The notes: generated by a model from the sequence alone, not told the origin. A stretch of 64,000 nt of DNA from Gemmatimonadota bacterium (GCA_039588295.1 JBDHAB010000003.1:64001-128000); one strand, 5' to 3'. Numbered from the stretch's first letter, positions 40,357 to 50,277 are shown. Translations and numbers: made by a program.

Positions 40357-41804
40357 GACGGTGCCCTCTCGTTCGCTCGAGCTTCCTCGGCACTCAGCTT
40401 CCATTCCCTACATCGATGGAGTGGCAGCATCTTGCCCGGGTTTGCCAGCTCGCGGGGATCGAACGCTCGGCGGACCGAACGCATGATCCCAAGGGTCTCG
40501 GCGTCGAAGACGAGCGTCATGTAGCGGAGCTTATCGCTGCCCACGCCGTGCTCTCCGGTGATCGTTCCTCCCGTGTCGGTACACACCCGCATGATCGCGG
40601 ACGCGGCACGCTCGACACGGTTCTGCTCCTCGGGGTTCGTTGCGTCGAAGTTGATGTTGGGATGCAGATTCCCGTCGCCCGCGTGGAAAAAATTGCTCAC
40701 CGTGAGGTCATGTTCTGCCGCAATGCGCTGGATCTGTTCCAGCACATCTGGAAGCGCCGATCGCGGGACAACCGTATCCTGTACCACGAGATCCGGGCTG
40801 ATGCGCCCGAGCGCGCCAAACGCCTTCTTGCGGCCGTGCCACAATCGTGCGCGGGTCTCATCGTCGGCCGCGCGCTCGATGCCCTGCGCTCCTGACGCAC
40901 GGAGGATCTGCTCCACCTCAGATGCCTCGCGGTCGAGCACTGCGTCGTGGAATCCGTCGAGCTCGACGAGAAGCACGGCAGCCGCGTCCGTGGGGTAGCC
41001 GGCGGCGTAGATCGATGCTTCCACCGCTCGTATGCAGTTTTGGTCCATAATCTCGAGCGCCGCCGGAACAACCCCTGCCCGGATCACCGCAGATACCGCC
41101 TCCCCGGCACCGCGCAGACTGTCAAAGCGTGCCAGCAGCGTCCGAACCACGCGGGGCAGCGGTGTGAGTCGAACCGTGATTCGAGTGGCGATCCCGAACA
41201 TTCCCTCGCTCCCCACGAACAGACCGACCAGATCCGGACCCCAGGGCTCGCCGGCCGGTGACCCCAGCGTCGTGATGGTTCCGTCGGGGAGCACAACCTC
41301 GAGCTCGAGGATGTGATTGGTGGTCACTCCGTACTTGAGGCAGTGCGGTCCGCCGGCATTCTCCGCCACGTTGCCGCCAATCGTGCACGCCGTTTGGCTG
41401 GAGGGGTCGGGTGCATAGTGAAGACCGTGCCGCGCGACGGCTGCGGACAGGCGCACGTTGACGACACCGGGCTCAACGATGGCCCTCCGGTTGGCGGGGT
41501 CGATCTCGATGATGCGTGTAAGCCGCGTGAGCCCGATGAGCACCGCCTCGCCTGAGGCGACAGCACCTCCAGACAAGCCCGTCCCGGCCCCCCTGGCGAC
41601 GAAGGGGATGTCCTGCCGTGACAGGAGGCGCACGACGGCTGCGACCTCGTTTCGCGTGCCCGGGAGGACAACGGCGGCGGGACGGCTACGATGCGTCGGC
41701 AGAGCATCACCGGCGTACGTCTCCAGTTCGGCCGGATGGGTGCGCACCCAGCGGGCACCGACCTCGTCGCGCAGACGATCGAGGACCTGCGCGCCCAGTG
41801 TCAT
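40353..41804 (-). CDS. glcD: Glycolate oxidase subunit (FAD-linked oxidase)
   Basis: ARGAGTGLSGG, PDPSS, ENAGGPHCLKYG, GSEG, HAGDGNLHP, GEHGVG, NPGK. Confidence 0.92.
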   Translation of the reverse strand: MTLGAQVLDRLRDEVGARWVRTHPAELETYAGDALPTHRSRPAAVVLPGTRNEVAAVVRLLSRQDIPFVARGAGTGLSGGAVASGEAVLIGLTRLTRIIEIDPANRRAIVEPGVVNVRLSAAVARHGLHYAPDPSSQTACTIGGNVAENAGGPHCLKYGVTTNHILELEVVLPDGTITTLGSPAGEPWGPDLVGLFVGSEGMFGIATRITVRLTPLPRVVRTLLARFDSLRGAGEAVSAVIRAGVVPAALEIMDQNCIRAVEASIYAAGYPTDAAAVLLVELDGFHDAVLDREASEVEQILRASGAQGIERAADDETRARLWHGRKKAFGALGRISPDLVVQDTVVPRSALPDVLEQIQRIAAEHDLTVSNFFHAGDGNLHPNINFDATNPEEQNRVERAASAIMRVCTDTGGTITGEHGVGSDKLRYMTLVFDAETLGIMRSVRRAFDPRELANPGKMLPLHRCREWKLSAEEARANERAPS

Positions 41805-42490
41805 CGACCGTGGACCGTGCGCGGCCTGCCGTTTCCTCCTCGGCCGTTGCGTTTCGCGCGTCGGTGCACTGCGACACGCCGTGCGGTCTGTGCATGGAGC
41901 CGCTGGAGGTGCTTGCTGAGGCGCTCGAGGCGCGTCCTCGTGGATCGAAGCTCCAATAGACTCTGCTTGAGATCCAGGTCGAGATCAAGTGCAGCAGCTA
42001 CGTAGAACGAGAGTGCTATCGGATCGTCCGGAATGCTGATCTGCTGCTCGGGTACGTCGCCGAGCGATTGCAGCGCCGAAGTGAAGCGCGTGAACTGGTC
42101 GCTCACCGTTGTCGCGAGCTGCTGCACCCTCTCGGTACCGGCCGACGGTTCATCGTCGAACGGCTCCACGAGGCCAACCCGGTACTGGCGGTTGGTGTCC
42201 TCGTAGCCTCGAAGGACATACCGATGCTCGCCGAATACGAGCAGATTGGAGCGACCGTCCGGCTGCGGCCACACTGTGTGGATTCGGGCGGAGCAGCCGA
42301 CCGTGCCGACGGCAGGCACCGGGTCCCCGTCGCCGACCCGCTGAACCAGCGAGACACCGAAGCGATGGTCACCGGCCTGACAGTCCGCGAGCAGCTGCCG
42401 GTATCGCGGCTCGAAAATGTGAAGCAGCTGTGGCGCACCAGGGAAGAGGACGAGCGTAAGGGGGAAGATGGGAAGTGTGAGCGTCGGCAT
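41801..42490 (-). CDS. LON peptidase substrate-binding (N-terminal) domain protein
   Basis: LPIFPL..VLFPG...LHIFEPRYRQL, KQSLLE. Start ATG 42490. Confidence 0.88.
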   Translation of the reverse strand: MPTLTLPIFPLTLVLFPGAPQLLHIFEPRYRQLLADCQAGDHRFGVSLVQRVGDGDPVPAVGTVGCSARIHTVWPQPDGRSNLLVFGEHRYVLRGYEDTNRQYRVGLVEPFDDEPSAGTERVQQLATTVSDQFTRFTSALQSLGDVPEQQISIPDDPIALSFYVAAALDLDLDLKQSLLELRSTRTRLERLSKHLQRLHAQTARRVAVHRRAKRNGRGGNGRPRTVHGR

Positions 42491-42496
42491 AGCCGA

Positions 42497-42502
42497 ATTA
42501 TA
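42497..42502 (-). promoter_or_regulatory. -10 element TATAAT, probable leaderless promoter
   Basis: Minus strand TATAAT-TCGGCT-ATG: perfect -10 hexamer 6 nt before the start, with no Shine-Dalgarno. Confidence 0.65.
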
Positions 42503-42559
42503 AGAGGGTGGGCGGACGCTGGGAGTGGGGCTCCGCGGGCGAGCGCCTCCACCGCTGGG

Positions 42560-42592
42560 CAAAACGACAACGGGCCCGTGACCGGGCCCGTT
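42560..42592 (-). terminator. Intrinsic terminator after the sigma factor gene
   Basis: AACGGGCCCG-GTCA-CGGGCCCGTT perfect 10-bp stem followed by GTCGTTTTG. Confidence 0.75.
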
Positions 42593-42621
42593 CTGCATCA
42601 TGCGCGAAGGAGGACCGTCGA

Positions 42622-43515
42622 CTAGGCGGCTCTCCAGAACCCCTTCAGGGCCTCACCGTGGGGGCTCTCGCGAAGCTTTTCGAAGGCGCGCTCGCGGATC
42701 TGCCGAATCCGCTCGCGCGTCACGCCCATCAGTTCGCCAATTTTCTCCAGGGTCATGCCCTCCGAGCCTTCCTCCAACCCGTAGTACAGGTAGAGGATCT
42801 TGCGCTCCCGCGGCGTGAGGTACTTCTGGAGCAGGCCGTCGATGAACTCGCGCATCAGGTGGCCATCGGTGTGCTCCTCGATCTCGCCGCCCTCCTGTCC
42901 CGCGAACCGCTCGCCGAGCGTTGCGGCATCGCGGTCCGTACGGTCAACTGGTGCGTCGAGGGACATCTCCGCCGCGGTCATCCGACGCGCGCTCCGAACG
43001 TTCTCGACTGAGTCGTTCAAGGCTCGCGCAATTTCCTCATCGGTCGGCTCGCGCCCGAGCTCCTGCGACAGGTAGGTCTCGGTCCGTGCCATGCGAATGA
43101 GATGACTGTTCTGGTTCAGCGGGATTCGGACGCTGCGGGTCTGCTCGGCCAGAGCCTTGAGCACCGCCTGCCTGACCCACCACACCGCGTACGAGATGAA
43201 CTTCACGCCCTGATCCGGATCGAACTTCTTGACGGCCTTGAGCAGCCCTTCATTGCCGATCGCCACCAGTTCCGAAAGATCCAGTCCATGACCCTGATAC
43301 TTCTTCACGTAAGAGATGACGAACCGAAGATTCGCCGTTACCAGCTGCTCGGCCGCTTTCCGGTCTCCCTGGCGCGCTCTGCGGGCGAGCCGGCGCTCCT
43401 CTTCGACGCTCCCGATGAGGGGGAGCTTCTGAATGTCCTGGAGATACTGGTCGAACGCAGTTGAGGCTGGCGAACGGAAGAATCCCTTCGCTTTGCCGCT
43501 CCGCAGTTGGGTCAT
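42622..43515 (-). CDS. RNA polymerase sigma-70 factor, RpoD/SigA family, lacking region 1.1
   Basis: YLQDI (1.2), ANLRFVIS, GNEGLLKAVKKFDP, KFISYAVWWVRQ, TLEKIG...TRERIRQI. Start ATG 43515. Confidence 0.92.
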   Translation of the reverse strand: MTQLRSGKAKGFFRSPASTAFDQYLQDIQKLPLIGSVEEERRLARRARQGDRKAAEQLVTANLRFVISYVKKYQGHGLDLSELVAIGNEGLLKAVKKFDPDQGVKFISYAVWWVRQAVLKALAEQTRSVRIPLNQNSHLIRMARTETYLSQELGREPTDEEIARALNDSVENVRSARRMTAAEMSLDAPVDRTDRDAATLGERFAGQEGGEIEEHTDGHLMREFIDGLLQKYLTPRERKILYLYYGLEEGSEGMTLEKIGELMGVTRERIRQIRERAFEKLRESPHGEALKGFWRAA

Positions 43516-43639
43516 AGACGCCCCAAGATTCAGAAGACCACTACCGCCGGGAGGGGACGAGTAGGTTTCGGAGAGCCCCGCCAAAATGACCGGTCTCGGC
43601 CGGCCGAATATAGGAAACGCCAGGAACATCGTCAAGAAA

Positions 43640-43810
43640 AATCCGGTTTTCCACATCACAAATCATTGACTCACAACTTGTTCGACAGTTTGTCCACTTT
43701 CGCGTTTCCACAAGGCACAACACGTTGTGGAAAGATGTACCGTAAGTCTTTGTTTTACAGTGGATTACGGCGATCGGCCGTCACAGAATTGTGGATGAGT
43801 TGTGGAAAGG
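43640..43810. promoter_or_regulatory. AT-rich cluster of DnaA-box-like and IHF-like sites (candidate oriC or DnaA-binding locus)
   Basis: TTTTCCACA 43647 is a perfect TTWTNCACA. One-mismatch boxes at 43704, 43726, 43790 and 43801. IHF-like WATCAANNNNTTR with one mismatch at 43659-43671 and 43743-43755. Confidence 0.65.
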
Positions 43811-43819
43811 TCGACCCCG

Positions 43820-44917
43820 CTAGAACAGCGCGGTCAATGTCCTGTCCACTACCTCTCTCGAGGCCGCAAACGTATCCTCGCCCGCGGGTCCGCGCGCAAG
43901 CTCCCCGATGCGCCGAAGCAGTGCAAACCTGACAGACTCTCCGTTTGTCTGTGTCCCCTGTGTGAGGGAGTCCCACAGGCGATCGTGGTCGACCGCACCT
44001 GGTGGTTCGGTGGGCAGCCCGCACTGCTCCAGCGCGGCTCGCACGTGCTCGGCGATGCCCGCGTCGGTCACACCCAGAGTCTCACCGAGCCGGCTCTCCA
44101 CCAGCACCCCGATCCCCACCGCCTCACCATGCAGGAGCTCGTAGCCCAACACGTTCTCCAGCGCCCACGCGAACGTCCGTCCGAACCCGAGAACGCTCGC
44201 CGACTCACGTCCCGTCGTCACCGCACTCAGCAGCGCGCTCTTGAGCTTGACGCTCCGTCGCACCACATCCAGCAGCACGCGCACCTCGCGCCGTCTGATG
44301 GCGTCCCGGTGCGCCAGCAGCTCCTCGAAATGCTCCGCAGAGGCGATCACCCCGTATCGCATCGCCGAGGCGATCCCCGCCGCCACGTGTACCGGTGGCA
44401 GCGTCGTGAGGGTGTTCACGTCGGCGATCACGGCTCTCGGAGCGTGGTACGTCCCGACCGTGTTCTTCGCATTGGGGGCATCGACCCCGGTGCGCCCACC
44501 CACGGAGCTGTCGGCCATCGCGACCAAGGTCGTCGGGACGAACACGTACGGAATCCCGTGCAGATACGTCGCCGCCACGAAGCCGGCGAGGTCGCCCGTT
44601 ACCCCGCCTCCGACTGCCACGATCGCCCAGGTCCGATCGCAACGCGCCTTCAGTAACTGGTCGATCAGGTCGCTCCATGTCTCACGGGATTTGTTCCATT
44701 CCCCCGCCGGGAACGTGATCAACGTGCTTGGTCCGAGCGCCGCGACGGCGTTCGTGATGCGGCGGCCGTAGATCGGTGCGACTTGGGAGTCCGCGATGAC
44801 GGCGTATCGGGTGGCGGGACATCGCTCGTGGAGGAGAGTAGGCAGCTCTTCGAGCACGCCAGTGCCCAGTACCACGTCGTACCGAGCGTGTTCGGCAGAG
44901 ACGGCGACGGTCTCCAC
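43820..44917 (-). CDS. aroB: 3-dehydroquinate synthase homologue with degenerate active site
   Basis: GEWNKS, GGGVTGDLAGF, PTTL..DSSVGG and HGEAV are present; several metal and catalytic residues are substituted. Confidence 0.8.
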   Translation of the reverse strand: METVAVSAEHARYDVVLGTGVLEELPTLLHERCPATRYAVIADSQVAPIYGRRITNAVAALGPSTLITFPAGEWNKSRETWSDLIDQLLKARCDRTWAIVAVGGGVTGDLAGFVAATYLHGIPYVFVPTTLVAMADSSVGGRTGVDAPNAKNTVGTYHAPRAVIADVNTLTTLPPVHVAAGIASAMRYGVIASAEHFEELLAHRDAIRRREVRVLLDVVRRSVKLKSALLSAVTTGRESASVLGFGRTFAWALENVLGYELLHGEAVGIGVLVESRLGETLGVTDAGIAEHVRAALEQCGLPTEPPGAVDHDRLWDSLTQGTQTNGESVRFALLRRIGELARGPAGEDTFAASREVVDRTLTALF

Positions 44918-44919
44918 CG

Positions 44920-45837
44920 TCAGAGGCGCACCGTACCTTCGATCACGGTGACGGCTCTTCCACCGACGCGAACCTCACGGATCTCGCTCCCGTCGGCCGT
45001 CTCGATCTCCACCTGAATCAGGCTCGGTCGGCCGATCTCGATGCCCTGTTCGACCACCACCTGCGCGATTCCCTCCCGAGGGCGGACAATGCCGTGTCGC
45101 ACCAGGTACGCTCCCAGCGCGCCCGCTGCGCTGCCGGTTGCGGGGTCCTCCGGGACACCCAGCCCGGGAGCGAACATGCGACAGTGAACGGTGGCCTCGG
45201 GGTCTTCCGTCTCGAGTGTGTAGCACATCGCACAGTCGGTTCCGTGTGAACGCAGGTGTTCGACGAGTTGCGAGCCGGTTCCGCCGCTCGGGAGGGACCG
45301 CAGTGCAGCGAGATCCACGGTCGGGATCATCATCTGTGGGAGAGCTGTCGAGACGACTTGCGGGAGAGGGTCACCAGGAATCAAGCTCGGCTGTCCTCCC
45401 AGCGCGCGGGCCAGGGTGGCCGGATCGGTCACGGGTTCGCCGAATTGTGGCCTGGCCTGCACCATCACGACTTCGATCGGGACGCCGTCCGCCATCCGAA
45501 TGGTTACGGGGAGAACGCCGGCCCCGGTTTCTTGGGTGGGGTGGACGGTTCCATTCGCCGGGGCTTCCACCTCTTGCAGTTCCGCAAGGAGCCACCACGT
45601 GCCGATCGTGGGGTGTCCAGCCAGGGGAATCTCTGCGGCAGGGGTGAAGAATCGTACACGGCGGGTCGCCGCGGTCGACGGCACAACGAAGGTCGTCTCC
45701 GACAGGTTCATCTCACGTGCCAGTGCCTGCATTTCCCGGTCGTCCAGCCCCTCCGCCCGGGGGAACACTGCCAACGGATTTCCCGCGAGTGGCGTATCCG
45801 TGAAGACGTCCAGTTGGTGGAAGCGGTAGCTGCGCAT
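44920..45837 (-). CDS. PhzF family isomerase/epimerase
   Basis: DVFT...GNPLAV, NLSETTF, EIPLAGHPTIG, EDPATGSAAG, EQG. Confidence 0.93.
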   Translation of the reverse strand: MRSYRFHQLDVFTDTPLAGNPLAVFPRAEGLDDREMQALAREMNLSETTFVVPSTAATRRVRFFTPAAEIPLAGHPTIGTWWLLAELQEVEAPANGTVHPTQETGAGVLPVTIRMADGVPIEVVMVQARPQFGEPVTDPATLARALGGQPSLIPGDPLPQVVSTALPQMMIPTVDLAALRSLPSGGTGSQLVEHLRSHGTDCAMCYTLETEDPEATVHCRMFAPGLGVPEDPATGSAAGALGAYLVRHGIVRPREGIAQVVVEQGIEIGRPSLIQVEIETADGSEIREVRVGGRAVTVIEGTVRL

Positions 45838-45838
45838 T

Positions 45839-46384
45839 CTACCAGGTGTGGTCGGGAACGCCCGCGTGGTGATTCGCCAGCCGCGCCAGCGTGAACAGGA
45901 GGTCCGAGAGTCTATTCAGGTACCCGAGGATTTCGGGTGGTACGCCAGCTTCTCGGTGGAGCGCAACCACGCGACGCTCTGCCCGCCGACACACGGTCCG
46001 AGCCAGGTGGAGATAGACTGCCTTTGGGCTTCCGCCGGGGATGACGAAGGCACTGAGTGGTGTCAGTTCGGTGTTGGCGCGATCGATGGCCTGCTCGAGC
46101 GTCTCGGTCCGCTCGTCGGCGAGGACGGCCTTCTCCAGCGCTTTGGCCACCCGCTCGGGATCGGGGCTCGCCAAGCGCCCCCCGATGGCAAACAGGTCCA
46201 CCTGAATCGACGTCAGCAGCTCCAGCTCGAAGTCCTGCGGATCGGTCGCGATCAGCACTCCGAGCACCGCGTTGAGCTCGTCAATGTCGCCATACGCAGC
46301 GACGCGGGAATGGCTCTTCGGGACTCGCCCTCCACCAAACAGTGAGGTCTCGCCTTCGTCTCCAGATCTCGTGTAGATCTTCAT
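45839..46384 (-). CDS. pduO: Cob(I)alamin adenosyltransferase, PduO type
   Basis: KIYTRSGDEGET, YGDIDELN, ARTVCRRAER, YLNRLSDLLF. Confidence 0.93.
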   Translation of the reverse strand: MKIYTRSGDEGETSLFGGGRVPKSHSRVAAYGDIDELNAVLGVLIATDPQDFELELLTSIQVDLFAIGGRLASPDPERVAKALEKAVLADERTETLEQAIDRANTELTPLSAFVIPGGSPKAVYLHLARTVCRRAERRVVALHREAGVPPEILGYLNRLSDLLFTLARLANHHAGVPDHTW

Positions 46385-46454
46385 TGCCCCGGGAAGCTAG
46401 GGAGCGCGACGCCACCCCGCCACCATACGGACGTGCAGGCGGGCGCCTTGGTCC

Positions 46455-48704
46455 TCACTCGATAAGCACACGTTCTTGGGCCGAAACGAAGAGGACATCT
46501 TGCATGGCCGGGTAGCGCAGCAGGAGTTCGCTACCCTTGTCACGCAGGCGTTGTTCGGTGAGACCGAGAACCACGAGGTCGGCGTCGGCGGAGCGGCGCT
46601 CGACGAGTCCGGCGAAATCGACCCCGTCGTCGGTCGGGATGACCCTCACGTTCTTCGGGCCGATGGGCAGCCGCCCCGAGCGGATCATGTCATGGAGCTG
46701 TGCCCATCGCTCTCCGACATCCTCCCGCGGGAATGCAGCAAAGATGCGGATCTCGGCCTTCCGCCAGTCTGGATGGCCCAACAGGATATAGGCGAGGAGG
46801 ATCATCAAGTTCGCGTTACGATAGTCGTGCCAGGTGAGCCACACGTGGATGTTCGACTTCTCACCGAAAAAATGGTCTCCATGACGCAGCACGAGCGTGT
46901 TGAGTCGTGCGGCGCTGGCGATCATGCATCCCTCTTGTACCTCGCGAAGAATCTCCGGCGGGTCGTGCTCGGAGAACTCGAGCAGGATGCAATTGTTGTC
47001 TTGGCCCGAGATGCCCGGCAACTGTACTGCCTGTGCCAGCGCCGAGTGCATGGACGGTGAGATCATGGTATCGACGTAGATGGCGGCCCTCCGTGCCCGG
47101 CTCAACTCGAGCAACCTGCTCTGCTGCTTGCGACTCTCGTTGAAGGTGCGGTCATCGAGCCGGCCCTGGATGTAGTGCATGTAGGTGCCTACGCCGTAGC
47201 GGTGGCACAGCCAGGTGAGAAACTGCAGCGGCGCCACCCGGTCGAAGGTCCGTCCGTTCACCATGATCACGCTCGGACGCCACTCGTCGCTCGTCGGGCG
47301 TGGTCCACTCGCCTGTAACCGAATCTGGAAGTATCGGGTCACCTGGGTCATGACGCCCTTGAAGATGGCCGCGAGGTCGTCGCCACCACGGCTTGCTCGG
47401 ATGACTCGATAGAGGACGATCATGATCGCGATGGCGAGCAGGGCGTACAGCGGGTCCATCTGAAACATGAGAAACAGGCACATCAACGACCCGAACAGGC
47501 TGATGTACCACTTTGACCGGAAGCTGGGGCGGAAGCTGGGGCGAGCGGCGAGGTGTTCCATCGCGCTGATGGCGCAGAGCGAGCCGTAGGTGACCATGAA
47601 GAACATGGAGATGACGCGCGCGACGATATCCACATTGCCGAGCGCCACTGTGACGAAGGCAATGGCGGCCGTAACGATCGTGGCGTTCCGAGGCTCGTTG
47701 GTCTCGCCGAGTCCGGCGCCCAAGAAGTGGTTCAAGCGTTGAATCGGCGCGATGCGGTCGCCGCCCAGGGCCTGCAGCGTCCGTGGAGCCACGAGGATTG
47801 AGCCAATCGCCGACGAGAGAGTAGCGGCTGCGAGTCCGAGCGGAATGATCGGACCCCAAACCGCTATGTCCGCCATGACCAACTGGTCGGCCGCGAGCAC
47901 GTCCGGAGTAGCCGAACGCGCCAGCTTGAGGACGACGAGCACATAGACCACGATCCCGACCGCGGTCGCGGACAAGACGCCCAGTGGGATCGAGCGCCGC
48001 GGGTTGGCCAGGTCACCCGAAAGTCCCACGCCAGCGGTCATACCGGTGAACGCTGGGAACACAATGGCGAACACCACGATGAACGGATCGTGGTCGGCAA
48101 CGCGGTCCAGCACGGCAAGCCCGCCGGCTTGACCGTCCTCCGCTGCCGTGCCCAGGAAGAAGAACAGCAGGGACACCGCGAGGATCGCGACGACCACCCA
48201 GAGTGCTCGGACGCCGAGTTGGGCCCCGCGGGTCAAGACCAGCCAGCTGAGTCCCACCGTGGCTGGGACGGAGATGATGCGTGGGTCGAAGGGGAACCCA
48301 ATGGTCGACTCGAACGCGCCGGCGAGAGGCCGGAATGCTTCGGCGAAGGCAATCAGGTAGAAGCCGACAGAGATCGCTTGGGAGAGGAACAACGAGATTC
48401 CGATTGCGGCGCCGATGGTGGTCCCGAACGACCGTGAGATGATGAAGTACTCTCCGCCACCTTCCACACGCCGATTGGTGGCGATCTCCGCGATCGCCAG
48501 TGCGGTCGGCAGGGTCACGAGGTGACCCAACAGAATGATCAGGAGGCCGCCGATGAATCCGGCGTGCCCGACGGCGTAGCCGAAGCGCAAGAAGAGGATG
48601 GCTCCGAGGATCGTACTGACGCTGGCGAGGAACACGGGCGCGGTGCCAAATCCGTGGCCGCCCGGTGCTGTCGGTACTTGGGTCTGCGTCACCGGGCGGC
48701 TCAT
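46455..48704 (-). CDS. Amino acid permease / cation-chloride cotransporter (SLC12-like)
   Basis: ILGAILFLRFG, GGGEYFIISRSFG, FPAFTGMTAG..LSGDL, about 12 TM plus a soluble C-terminal domain (WRPSV). Confidence 0.87.
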   Translation of the reverse strand: MSRPVTQTQVPTAPGGHGFGTAPVFLASVSTILGAILFLRFGYAVGHAGFIGGLLIILLGHLVTLPTALAIAEIATNRRVEGGGEYFIISRSFGTTIGAAIGISLFLSQAISVGFYLIAFAEAFRPLAGAFESTIGFPFDPRIISVPATVGLSWLVLTRGAQLGVRALWVVVAILAVSLLFFFLGTAAEDGQAGGLAVLDRVADHDPFIVVFAIVFPAFTGMTAGVGLSGDLANPRRSIPLGVLSATAVGIVVYVLVVLKLARSATPDVLAADQLVMADIAVWGPIIPLGLAAATLSSAIGSILVAPRTLQALGGDRIAPIQRLNHFLGAGLGETNEPRNATIVTAAIAFVTVALGNVDIVARVISMFFMVTYGSLCAISAMEHLAARPSFRPSFRSKWYISLFGSLMCLFLMFQMDPLYALLAIAIMIVLYRVIRASRGGDDLAAIFKGVMTQVTRYFQIRLQASGPRPTSDEWRPSVIMVNGRTFDRVAPLQFLTWLCHRYGVGTYMHYIQGRLDDRTFNESRKQQSRLLELSRARRAAIYVDTMISPSMHSALAQAVQLPGISGQDNNCILLEFSEHDPPEILREVQEGCMIASAARLNTLVLRHGDHFFGEKSNIHVWLTWHDYRNANLMILLAYILLGHPDWRKAEIRIFAAFPREDVGERWAQLHDMIRSGRLPIGPKNVRVIPTDDGVDFAGLVERRSADADLVVLGLTEQRLRDKGSELLLRYPAMQDVLFVSAQERVLIE

Positions 48705-48861
48705 GCGGGAAGCCGGTTGATGAGCATCGAGCGTGGGCCGCGTGTGCAGTGTCGCATGGCGCACAAGTTAGTGCCCTGGTCGCGCTCGTCCATAGTGATG
48801 CGGTTACCGCGACTCGGTCCGGCCTGTATGATCCATCCTGTGCGGTGCACGGGGAAATTCC

Positions 48862-50265
48862 ATGCTTGACGTGGGTCCGTCGTCCAAACCGCTGCGCGTA
48901 GCCGTCGTTGGCGCCGGCCCGGCGGGGTTCTACGCTGCGGAGCATCTGTGTAAGCGTCCGGGACTGTCGGTCGAGGTCGACATACTCGAACGGCTGCCCA
49001 CGCCGTTCGGGCTCGTCCGGTTCGGGGTGGCGCCGGACCATCAGAAGATCAAGAGTGCGACCAAGGCGTTCGATCGTGTGGCGTCGCGGCCAAACGTGCG
49101 ATTCTTTGGCAACGTGGAGTTCGGCGCGCACGTGCGGCTCGACGATCTTCGGCGGCATTACCATCTTGTGTGCTTCGCTACCGGGGCGCAGACGGATCGG
49201 TCGATGGGGATTCCGGGAGAGGATCTGCTGCGCAGCCATCCAGCCACGGAGTTCGTCGCCTGGTATAACGGGCATCCGGATTTCCGCAACCATGAGTTCG
49301 ATCTCTCGGTTGAGCGCGTGGCCGTCGTAGGTGTGGGGAACGTGGCGGTGGATGTCGCACGGATCTTGTGTCGTACGCCGGAGGAGCTCGCGACTACGGA
49401 CATCGCGGATTATGCGCTCGAGGCGTTACGCGCTAGTCGGGTGCGGGAGGTCTACCTCTTGGGCCGCCGCGGCCCGGCCCAGGCGGCCTTCACCAACCCG
49501 GAGATCAAGGAACTGGGCGATCTGGAGGGCGCGGCTCTCGTGCTGGAGGCCGCGGAGGTTGAGCTCGACCCCCTCAGCCGGGAGCAGGTCGCCGCGCACG
49601 ACGATCGCGCGACCCATAAGAAACTCGAGATTCTCCAGGAGTTGGCTGCGCGCGAGCCGGTCGAGAAACCCCGCACGCTGAGGCTCAGGTTTCTCGTCTC
49701 GCCGGTTGAGCTCGTTGGCGATGACGCGGGCCGCGTGGTCGGAATGCGCGTCGTGAGGAACCAGATCTTTCGCTCCGACGATGGAACGCTTCGACCGCGG
49801 GCAACCGATCACGTAGACCACTTGCCGGTCCAAATGGTATTTCGCTCCGTTGGATACCGCGGTGTCACGCTGCCCGATCTCCCGTTCGACGAGCGTCGCG
49901 GCGTGATCCCGAACGAGCGCGGGCGGGTGGTTTTGCCTGACTCGGGACGGCCGCTCGCCGGCGTGTATGTGAGTGGCTGGATTAAACGCGGACCGTCGGG
50001 AGTGATCGGCACGAACAAGCCGGATGCCGGGGAAACCGTCGATTGCATGGTCGAGGACGCCGCGCGTGGTGTGACCCTCCAGCCGTCCGACCCGGACCCG
50101 GATGCGGTCGAGGCGCTGCTCCGCGAACGGCAACCGGCGGTCGTCGTCTATCAGGACTGGCAGCGCCTCGATCAGGTTGAACTGGAACGAGGAGCATCGC
50201 AGGGTCGGCCGCGCGTCAAGCTCACATCGGTCGCGGAGATGCTCGGCGTGCTGGAGCGGGCCTAA
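48862..50265 (+). CDS. Ferredoxin-NADP+ reductase, adrenodoxin reductase / FprA type
   Basis: VGAGPAGFY, PFGLVRFGVAPDH, VGVGNVAVDVAR, GWIKRGPSGVIGTN. Confidence 0.92.
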   Translation: MLDVGPSSKPLRVAVVGAGPAGFYAAEHLCKRPGLSVEVDILERLPTPFGLVRFGVAPDHQKIKSATKAFDRVASRPNVRFFGNVEFGAHVRLDDLRRHYHLVCFATGAQTDRSMGIPGEDLLRSHPATEFVAWYNGHPDFRNHEFDLSVERVAVVGVGNVAVDVARILCRTPEELATTDIADYALEALRASRVREVYLLGRRGPAQAAFTNPEIKELGDLEGAALVLEAAEVELDPLSREQVAAHDDRATHKKLEILQELAAREPVEKPRTLRLRFLVSPVELVGDDAGRVVGMRVVRNQIFRSDDGTLRPRATDHVDHLPVQMVFRSVGYRGVTLPDLPFDERRGVIPNERGRVVLPDSGRPLAGVYVSGWIKRGPSGVIGTNKPDAGETVDCMVEDAARGVTLQPSDPDPDAVEALLRERQPAVVVYQDWQRLDQVELERGASQGRPRVKLTSVAEMLGVLERA

Positions 50266-50277
50266 GCCAGGGTCGGG

